Below are positions 1 through 7,281 of a stretch of 29,581 bases of DNA, one piece after another. The translations under genes were made by a program, and so were the position numbers. Each line of letters starts with the position of its first letter. The stretch's first letter is position 1. Under the pieces are notes generated by a model. The model was not told the origin of the DNA. It did no database searches and was given only the letters and a program-made list of their open reading frames with translations. The stretch comes from a virus (lineage: Duplodnaviria > Caudoviricetes): positions 1-29,581 of the IMG/VR virus record IMGVR_UViG_3300014208_001439, one strand, 5' to 3'.

Positions 1-666
1 TTATCCCAGACTCATGCCTCTTTTCTTGAGCCAATTACGATGGATTTTATATTGGGGATCATACTTAGCCACTAATGCCCAGAATTTGTCTGAGTGATTC
101 ATTTGCTTGCGATGAGACAGTTCATGAACAATGACGTAGTCGATCACAGCGGGGGGATAATGAACTAGGCGCCAGTTAAAGCTTAAGGTCCCAGTACTGC
201 TACAACTTCCCCATCGAGTTTTTTGTTGCCTTAAGACAATTTTAGAAAAATTGATCAGCATTTTGGTAGCAATTTGATGAATTCTGGGGACTAAGTATTT
301 TTCAGCGGTGTTTTTAAAAAATTTATCTAATTTTTGATGAATTTCCCTGTCATCCGGATTGGCGTTAAGGGAGTTAATTAAAATTTGTTGACCCACGACT
401 CTGACTCCTGGAGAAAATTCGCTAGAATTGATAATTTTTTTGTGATATTGTTTGCCAAAAATTTCGACTTGAGTATCATTAACTGGTCGATTATTCAAAA
501 CTTTTTTTTGGGTTTTCTCAATCCAAGCTAAATTGGCAGTCACAAATTGTTCGATCTGTTTTTTACTAATGAATCGAGGAGTAACCACGACTACTTCCCC
601 ACTAGTTTCGACCTTAATTTTAATCGAGCGAGAGGCAGCGTGAGTTTTGTGAATAAAAGAAATCAT
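1..666 (-). CDS. M48/YgjP (DUF45) family zinc metallopeptidase-like protein, host gene
   Basis: Contains RWGSCS and LSFNWRL motifs, HELSH (HExxH) and NHSDKFW. Start moved from 744 to ATG 666, just after the upstream stop codon and a GGAG. Confidence 0.9.
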   Translation of the reverse strand: MISFIHKTHAASRSIKIKVETSGEVVVVTPRFISKKQIEQFVTANLAWIEKTQKKVLNNRPVNDTQVEIFGKQYHKKIINSSEFSPGVRVVGQQILINSLNANPDDREIHQKLDKFFKNTAEKYLVPRIHQIATKMLINFSKIVLRQQKTRWGSCSSTGTLSFNWRLVHYPPAVIDYVIVHELSHRKQMNHSDKFWALVAKYDPQYKIHRNWLKKRGMSLG

Positions 667-670
667 CTCC

Positions 671-1561
671 TTATTTATACCAGACAGTTTCAAGCTGGTT
701 AGCAGAGTTTCTTTCCAAGAACGGGATTTTATCGATGATGGCATTAATTAGATTTTTCATCCCCATCAGTACGGTCAGAACTGGATCAGAAAGCAGCGAG
801 ACTAAATCAAAATTGGCAGTTAGGTAGCTGTTAATATAAGCACTGCCTAAAAATAAGGCAACACCAATGACAATGTTCGCAATTTTGACTGAGTTACTTT
901 TCAAGATTCTCAAGGCAAAAATGATGCCGATGATGGTGGTAATAAATATGATGACAGCTTGAGTTGCGAACCCATTGACCTGGGCTTGGTTAATTTGATG
1001 AGAGATTAACTGTGTCTCCAGTATCGGGTAATCGACCATGATAAATTTAATGGCTTTATAACCACCAAATAAACCTTGAATGGTTAAAGCAATAGCTGTC
1101 ACAGTTTTTGCTATTTTGAGGGCTGGCTTTTTAAAAGAATTTATTTCCTCTTTTAAATCAGGTTTACTACTGGAAGCTAATTTGACTTCGGCTAATTCTT
1201 GGCCATGCTGGGAGGGTAAACTAATTGGCTGTGGACCCTCTGGAGTTTGCAGCATATTATCTGGTTGCAGGGCTGCTAAGGGTGAGTTATCTATCTTATG
1301 TTCTTCAACTTGGAGACCAATTTCATTCAGTAGTTTGCCGCTTTGTTGGAGCAGAGTTTCCATCTGAGTAACACTGGGGACTTCTTCCTTGGTGGTAACA
1401 TCAATCGGGGACTGACTATTATCTGATTGAGGTAGAGGTTGAATAGTAGTGGGGTCAACTTTTACTGGTAAATTAGTAGCAATATTGGGATTAGGAATAT
1501 TAGCCACAGGTACTGATGGTTGTGGTTTTTGGATAGGAATGTCAAGTAGCTTATTATCCAT
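671..1561 (-). CDS. Hypothetical membrane protein, host gene
   Basis: 296-aa ORF with a Pro/Gln-rich disordered N-terminus and 3-4 hydrophobic segments in the C-terminal half. Confidence 0.75.
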   Translation of the reverse strand: MDNKLLDIPIQKPQPSVPVANIPNPNIATNLPVKVDPTTIQPLPQSDNSQSPIDVTTKEEVPSVTQMETLLQQSGKLLNEIGLQVEEHKIDNSPLAALQPDNMLQTPEGPQPISLPSQHGQELAEVKLASSSKPDLKEEINSFKKPALKIAKTVTAIALTIQGLFGGYKAIKFIMVDYPILETQLISHQINQAQVNGFATQAVIIFITTIIGIIFALRILKSNSVKIANIVIGVALFLGSAYINSYLTANFDLVSLLSDPVLTVLMGMKNLINAIIDKIPFLERNSANQLETVWYK

Positions 1562-1664
1562 GAATATATCTTACAAGAATTTGGTCTTAGAGAGAAGAGA
1601 AAAGATGAGTGGGTTACAGTTTCACACTTTTAGAAAGAGGTGTTAAATTAAAAAAACAGGTATT

Positions 1665-1680
1665 TGTGCCGAGAACAGGA
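1665..1680 (-). other. Prophage attachment core: displaced 3' end of a tRNA gene (probably tRNA-Leu)
   Basis: Minus strand reads TCCTGT-TCTCGGC-A-CA, which fits a T-stem 3' strand, acceptor 3' strand and discriminator. No upstream tRNA body is present. It lies between host genes and the integrase. Confidence 0.65.
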
Positions 1681-1822
1681 AGTAAACTTGCTTGAGAAAA
1701 ATTCCACATAGTGAAGACCTACGTGTACTGAATTATGTTAAGTTAATTGAGATTATTAATCTTTTTTATCGAGATGTCAATTAGCAGATTATGCCTGGTA
1801 CACTCAAGTAGTAAGTGATATA

Positions 1823-2824
1823 ATGCCGTTCCAAATGGACCTTGCTGGCTTCGAGTTATACATGACTAGAGCTGGCCTTGCAAAAAGTACTACTCGCAAC
1901 TATTTAGATTTAATCAAAGTGGTATCAAGGGAGGTAGATAGTTTTGACGAAAAAACTATTGATGTCTTCTTGGCTGGCAAAATTCACTCCTTATCAAACG
2001 CCGGAGTAAACAAATACGTAAAGGTGATAAGGAAATATTGTGGTTTCAAAGAGATTGAATGGGGTAAAAGGGTCAAGGAACTCAGAGAATACAGAAAGCC
2101 TCGTGTTTTGATTACAGATGCGGAAATTGAGGACTTTGTTAACCTAGATCCTGAGGATGGTGACAATCCTGACTCGCATAGAAAATTTACTATTTTTTGG
2201 AAACTATTAGCGTACAGCGGAGCAAGACCGAAAGAGATTTTAAGCCTCACCACTAATGACTTCGATTTCGTAAATAATGTTTTCTTTATCCAAACCAGTA
2301 AAACCGGTGATGGCCGAACCATACCAATTTCAACGCCAATAATTAATGATGTCAAAGAATATCTTGATATATTAAAGACTTCTTTACTTTTCCCCTCCCC
2401 TTGTAATACACTGAATGTAATATCTCACGCATCGGTACTCAAAAATTTCTATAAAAGGAAAAAAAGACTTGGCATCAATAGGGACATAAAACCCTATTCG
2501 TTAAGGCATAGCTACATAACTAGACTTGCGGATGAAGATGTAAACATATTTGCTTTAATGGATTTGGCCGGTCATAAAAAAGCGAGTACGACACAGAGAT
2601 ATTATCATGGTTCGATAAAAGCCATGAGAAGGGCGATCGAAAAGGATCCTTTAATGCAAAGATCTATGAAGCCTTGGACAATTATCTTAAAATTTGTTGA
2701 AATATTTAATGACTTTTTTAGGTCAGACTCTCGTATTCAGAAAATAGTGGAAATTGACGAAGAAACACAAGAAGTGACTATTCGTTTAAAGGTGAAAGAA
2801 GATCCGGAAAGCAAAACACCGTAA
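1823..2824 (+). CDS. int: Tyrosine recombinase / phage integrase
   Basis: Catalytic motifs GARPKE (R), SKTG (K), YSLRH (HxxR with H replaced by Y), LAGH and TQRYY (Y), plus a SAM-like N-terminal domain. The start may be ATG 1835, since TGATATAAT overlaps ATG 1823. Confidence 0.93.
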   Translation: MPFQMDLAGFELYMTRAGLAKSTTRNYLDLIKVVSREVDSFDEKTIDVFLAGKIHSLSNAGVNKYVKVIRKYCGFKEIEWGKRVKELREYRKPRVLITDAEIEDFVNLDPEDGDNPDSHRKFTIFWKLLAYSGARPKEILSLTTNDFDFVNNVFFIQTSKTGDGRTIPISTPIINDVKEYLDILKTSLLFPSPCNTLNVISHASVLKNFYKRKKRLGINRDIKPYSLRHSYITRLADEDVNIFALMDLAGHKKASTTQRYYHGSIKAMRRAIEKDPLMQRSMKPWTIILKFVEIFNDFFRSDSRIQKIVEIDEETQEVTIRLKVKEDPESKTP

Positions 2825-2943
2825 AAACGGTGTAATGCTAGTGTGAATATACACCGGTAAAAAACCGAATGTATACCGAATAGTATAGCATATTAATAAC
2901 TTTAAAATTGAGACGCGGGAAATTTTCTTGAGGTATTTACCTG

Positions 2944-2973
2944 TTGACCGTACTTGTCAAGGTACTTTACACT
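2944..2973 (+). promoter_or_regulatory. Putative sigma70 promoter overlapping a TTGAC-N7-GTCAA palindrome
   Basis: TTGACC(2944-2949)-18 nt-TACACT(2968-2973); inverted repeat at 2944-2960. Confidence 0.4.
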
Positions 2974-3056
2974 GAGTATATGCACACACCGTTCGTAAAC
3001 GGTTGCAATATTAAACTTTAAAATGTACAATATGCAAATATAATACGAAACATCCT

Positions 3057-3080
3057 GCTCACCAAACAGTGAGCTTTTTT
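3057..3080 (+). terminator. Intrinsic terminator
   Basis: GCTCAC-caaaca-GTGAGC followed by TTTTTT. Confidence 0.75.
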
Positions 3081-3189
3081 ATTCGAAGAGTCAAAACTAT
3101 TTAGTACTACCAAGCAAGTCTTACAAAACTTAACAAATTAACAAAAAAATTCCTTAAATACCGCACTTCTCTTTTACATTATGTAAATG

Positions 3190-3590
3190 AGAGCCCGACT
3201 ACCATCGGGTAACGTGTGGTATTTTTGTTTATACGACAACCTCAATGGATATCGTACAGGGACTCTTGGAGGTAAAATTGTAGGTTTTACTTCTAGCATA
3301 CCCGTTTCCTTTCGTTGTTCGGCCTGTCCTAATTGGACACTTTCTTAAGCCGGGTGTGTAGCAGCTGGAAAGTACTCAGGCTTTTCCTGTAATTGGAAAC
3401 GATGATGCAACTAAATGCTTGGTAGCACTAGATAATCTTGTGGGGTTAAATATAAGAAGAATAAATTATTCTCTAAAAGGAAGTACCAGCTTAAAGTAAG
3501 CCGATCGCAGAGGCCAGTAGACACTGGTACCCCTTTTTAGAGAACAATTAAGTTTGCGACCTATTTATTCTTTAATATTTGTCTACTTTT
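3190..3590 (-). ncRNA. Putative large structured non-coding RNA or cis-element
   Basis: A ~25-bp stem (3464-3489/3524-3549) whose mismatches become G-U pairs on the minus strand, plus many nested hairpins in 3194-3408. No convincing long ORF. Confidence 0.45.
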
Positions 3591-3739
3591 TAAAGATCTT
3601 CGGGTCAAAAAATGACCTTATAACAAACATTAAACCACATTTTTATTCAAGAATCAACACCACATTAGCAGTCAAAGGTCTTCGGTTGCTGGATCGTTAT
3701 ATTTATTATTATTTGAATAATTTTTTACCTCTGACAGGA

Positions 3740-4096
3740 TTATCCCTCTCCCTCAGTTTCAATCATTCTTAAAGCCCAGGCTACATCAAAAGGACCCCAA
3801 ATTTCATCAGCTGATTTACCAATCTGTCTTTCCTTCTCTACCCTTCTAGCATGAGAACTCATATTGTCATAAAGTATCCAAGAAGCATCTTTGGTTTGAG
3901 TGGCATCCAGTCCAGCTAAGTTACATTTGGCAATAAAATCTAGTTTTCCTTGTTCTGTGCCGTCATAGGATCGGACAAAAGGCATCACTAACTGGACTAA
4001 AGAGGCATAATCTAAAATAGCGTTATCAACCTCAACTCTCTCTTGAACTTCTTTTGATCTGCCCATTTTGCCCTTTCTTGCCTCTCCCCTTGGCAA
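3740..4096 (-). CDS. Hypothetical phage protein
   Basis: 118-aa ORF co-oriented and directly downstream of the endolysin; no recognised motif. Confidence 0.6.
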   Translation of the reverse strand: MPRGEARKGKMGRSKEVQERVEVDNAILDYASLVQLVMPFVRSYDGTEQGKLDFIAKCNLAGLDATQTKDASWILYDNMSSHARRVEKERQIGKSADEIWGPFDVAWALRMIETEGEG

Positions 4097-4117
4097 TTGA
4101 TTAGAAGTATCGCCAAT

Positions 4118-5068
4118 TTAGGGGGTAGGTTTAATATCAACTTTTGTATCAGTCTTTTTCGAGGTATCGGTGCCAGCAACGGCCACCCATAGATCTTTGA
4201 AGCCTTCAACGCCTATGAATGCCAACCCGGCTAGTACCAGGTAGATCATCTCCTCGGCGGAAAGATCTACTCCTAATTTTTCTAGTAATACTTTGGAAAT
4301 AGCGGCCATGATTGGGGTTAGAATAGCCACGACCATCTTCCTCTTACCAATGAGTAGTCCTTTGGGTTGAGATGCCACATTTAATTGTTTGGTTAGTTCA
4401 TCGATTTTGGTGTCTTTGGCACTTAGTTGAGCAATTACACTTCTGGCCACAGTATCGCCACTCACATCGCCATCAGTTTTAGTGATGTTTAGTTTCGTTA
4501 CCACTTCATCAAACCAACTAGCTTTTTTCTCCACTTGGTTATATTTTCCATGAGCGACTTCATCCCAAGTATCAATAGCTACTTTAACACTAGCTTTATT
4601 GTTCAGGTCAATGCCTTTGTAAGTTTCTGACATATTACTTTCTGGCTTGTTTTTAGGTCTGAGCCAACCTGTTACATTGGTATATTTATGTTCGACTAAT
4701 TGACACGAGGACCCAGTTGGATAGTTTTGATCAAAGCTAGTAAAGCTATTAACATCGCCATCAACATAGATTGAGATATGTCCGGCGTAAATGGTTTTCC
4801 CATTCTCCAGGTATTTACCGTAGGGTTTACCAAAGATCATTAAATCCCCAGGATTAGGGATATTAATTAGGGTGTTTTTGATAAACTCAAATTTGTCACC
4901 TGCTTTAGAAGGAAAATCAATTGCATTTGTCCAAAGTATTTTGGGCAATCCTAAGACTTCATCAATATAGGCATTGGCCAGGTCAACACATTGATTTTTA
5001 GCATTGGCTGATCCACCAGCTTCAACTGTTTGATTTTTGTATTTGTCGATAAGTTGTTTTAATGTCAT
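4118..5068 (-). CDS. Endolysin: CHAP amidase, coiled coil and C-terminal two-TM holin-like domain
   Basis: NQCVDL (catalytic Cys), GHISI (His) and FDQNYP are CHAP motifs. The C-terminus KRKMVVAIL...GVDLSAEEMIYLVLAGLAFIGVEGFKD has two hydrophobic helices. Confidence 0.85.
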   Translation of the reverse strand: MTLKQLIDKYKNQTVEAGGSANAKNQCVDLANAYIDEVLGLPKILWTNAIDFPSKAGDKFEFIKNTLINIPNPGDLMIFGKPYGKYLENGKTIYAGHISIYVDGDVNSFTSFDQNYPTGSSCQLVEHKYTNVTGWLRPKNKPESNMSETYKGIDLNNKASVKVAIDTWDEVAHGKYNQVEKKASWFDEVVTKLNITKTDGDVSGDTVARSVIAQLSAKDTKIDELTKQLNVASQPKGLLIGKRKMVVAILTPIMAAISKVLLEKLGVDLSAEEMIYLVLAGLAFIGVEGFKDLWVAVAGTDTSKKTDTKVDIKPTP

Positions 5069-5069
5069 A

Positions 5070-5273
5070 TTAGTTTGTTAACTTACTCCAGATATAACTA
5101 CTTATTGATCCTACAAAAAGAGAAAGTATTGAAAGAATACCTAAAGACTTGTTTTGAAAACTTTTTAAATTTTCTACATCGTCTTCTACATCATCCAAAC
5201 GCTTACTGAACTTGTCTTCAAGTCGATTAACTGCATCGTAGACATCTCGTAAGGTAACTGTTTCTTTTGTCAT
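5070..5273 (-). CDS. Small coiled-coil protein with C-terminal TM helix (holin/XhlA-like)
   Basis: Heptad pattern followed by one TM helix; immediately upstream of the endolysin. Confidence 0.65.
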   Translation of the reverse strand: MTKETVTLRDVYDAVNRLEDKFSKRLDDVEDDVENLKSFQNKSLGILSILSLFVGSISSYIWSKLTN

Positions 5274-5476
5274 ATAATCATCAAAATTGCATGAATTAAT
5301 ATATTAATAATCGAAAGAATGGTTAAGATAAGTACATAGCTAAAGACTTTGTTCATAATAATTTTGTTATCTTGAATCAAAAGATCAGACTTTACCTCCA
5401 GCGAGATTAATCGTTCAAGTAACTCTTTTTTGGTTATATCGTTAGTTTTTGACATTTTACTTTCTAAAAAGGACAA
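5270..5476 (-). CDS. Small membrane protein, possible second holin-like protein
   Basis: Coiled coil and long hydrophobic C-terminus; ATGA overlap with the next gene. The start is probably an internal Met. Confidence 0.55.
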   Translation of the reverse strand: MSFLESKMSKTNDITKKELLERLISLEVKSDLLIQDNKIIMNKVFSYVLILTILSIINILIHAILMII

Positions 5477-6147
5477 TGTTGTGCTGCTGTTGGTGTATTT
5501 ATAGGCGTGGCCGGATGTGAATTACTTGAGAAATCTGTATAAGTTGTTGGGAGAGTGGCGTTATCAAATGGAAGATATAACTTACAATTAGATAAATAGA
5601 ACCGTGGACCAATTGATCTCATTTCTGTGGCAATCTGATCAGTAGTCAAAGCATTTCCATTCCATAATTTAAGTTCTGCTATTTGTGCATCGAGTGGATA
5701 AGCGGCTCCAGCAAGATCACTATATCTTCCACCCACCCTAACATAGTTTGTTGCTTGGTATGCTGGAGCGTTCGCCCATGCGGTTGTTGCTTCAAGTACA
5801 GCATTGACATACATTTTTAAATTAGATCCATCCCAAGTTCCCATAAGATGACGCCAATTACCATCAGTTATGCTAGTTGTGCTTTCGGCAAATTTATAGT
5901 CTGTATTTTCAACCTCACCAGTGTTTTTATATGATTGAAGTTTAATTTTATTTCCACTTGTTATTAAAAGGTCAAAGCCAGCTAAAATATTACTAGCATA
6001 ATTAAATGATTGAAACACGCTTTTAAAAGTGCCAGTAATACTAGTATTAAGCCAGATTCCAATTGAAAACGCTCCTGTTGGACGTAAATCAGCATGATTA
6101 ACAAGCGTTAAATGATGACTGGAAGCTGCAACAAGTCGTACTCCCAT
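5464..6147 (-). CDS. LamG / concanavalin A-like lectin domain protein, probable receptor-binding component
   Basis: FSIGIW, DGNWRHLMGTWDGSNLKMYVN and IAELKLWNGNALT are Laminin_G_3-type motifs. Confidence 0.85.
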   Translation of the reverse strand: MGVRLVAASSHHLTLVNHADLRPTGAFSIGIWLNTSITGTFKSVFQSFNYASNILAGFDLLITSGNKIKLQSYKNTGEVENTDYKFAESTTSITDGNWRHLMGTWDGSNLKMYVNAVLEATTAWANAPAYQATNYVRVGGRYSDLAGAAYPLDAQIAELKLWNGNALTTDQIATEMRSIGPRFYLSNCKLYLPFDNATLPTTYTDFSSNSHPATPINTPTAAQHCPF

Positions 6148-7271
6148 TATCTAACCTCCAAAAATGCTTGAATCAGCTTTGCGTCACCAGAAAGATTGTC
6201 AGAAGCATGATTTGCATCTCTGCTAATTTTTATTTGTAATAAGTCTCCAGCAGCCCACCCAGTAACGGTAAGTGGAATTACTAAAATATGCTCATCACCA
6301 GTAGCAAGAAGTGCATCATTGCCAGAATCAGTGACCGCATTTGGGGTAGTAGTAGCGTCAATTACTTCATCATTATTTACTGGGCGATGAGTAATATCCC
6401 AATACGCTGCCTGAGTAGCTGTGCCAGCAGAAGCCGTCCAGTGTAAAATTAAGTTCCCACTTACAGGAGTAACATCAGAGGGGATTTGAACATAAAAGTA
6501 TGCAGCTTCATCCGTAGCTGGATCAAAATCTAGGGTTCTATATACCCAGTTAGTTCCAATTGTCTTTCCGATAGAGGGAAAGTTAGTATCCGGTAAAACA
6601 GCGTTGGACCAATCAAGGACTTGGCCACCAGATGCACCACCAGCGTTGTCATCAACATATTTTTTATTTGGAATATCATCATCATCGGTAACATTGTTTT
6701 CATAGTTCGTAGTGCCAGCGACACTTAAAGCTCCGGTTCCCTTAGGTAATAACTTGAGATCAATGTTAGTGTCGCCACCAGTAGCTTCAACCTTTGGAGC
6801 GTTGTTAGTAGCTGCATTAGAAACACTAACTTCATTAACTGCTGAGGCCACCCCGGCTAATTTAATTGTTTCGTTTCCGTTAGAATCTATAACTTGGGTG
6901 AATTTATGAGCCCCAGTTTGAGAGTGCTCTGCTTTTATACCTTCGACCAACCTATTCCACATGTCAGCAGTAAGTTTAATTTCAACAACTGCTCCGGCTG
7001 AGTGGGCCTGAGCTGTACCCTCAATCCCACGATCTGCGGTAATGATATTGGATCCGGAAACAACACCCATAATCGTTTCTTCGAAATCAGTAGTTAAAGC
7101 GCCAGTAATAGAAACACGATCAACCACTATTTCGATGGGATCACCATCTGAAAAGACAGCTGGCATAAGGGTTAATGGAACAGTAGTTACTGTGCCGTTA
7201 GCTACACCTCCAACCCCAATAGTGGTTGAAAACCTCCTAACTGCTTCAATAAATTTTTCTGTGTTTGGCAT
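6147..7271 (-). CDS. Tail fibre / virion structural protein
   Basis: RGIEGTAQAHSAGAVVE and DDDIPNKKYVDD are segments typical of fibre proteins; Thr/Gly/Ala-rich; follows the nozzle gene. Confidence 0.7.
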   Translation of the reverse strand: MPNTEKFIEAVRRFSTTIGVGGVANGTVTTVPLTLMPAVFSDGDPIEIVVDRVSITGALTTDFEETIMGVVSGSNIITADRGIEGTAQAHSAGAVVEIKLTADMWNRLVEGIKAEHSQTGAHKFTQVIDSNGNETIKLAGVASAVNEVSVSNAATNNAPKVEATGGDTNIDLKLLPKGTGALSVAGTTNYENNVTDDDDIPNKKYVDDNAGGASGGQVLDWSNAVLPDTNFPSIGKTIGTNWVYRTLDFDPATDEAAYFYVQIPSDVTPVSGNLILHWTASAGTATQAAYWDITHRPVNNDEVIDATTTPNAVTDSGNDALLATGDEHILVIPLTVTGWAAGDLLQIKISRDANHASDNLSGDAKLIQAFLEVR

Positions 7272-7281
7272 AATTCCTTTC

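Noticed and set aside
1716-1743. dif-like site (TTATGTTAAGT resembles an XerD arm)
   Set aside because: No credible XerC arm 6 nt upstream; the tRNA fragment explains the junction better.
5464-7271. Diversity-generating retroelement target
   Set aside because: No RT and no template/variable repeat pair noticed in the window.
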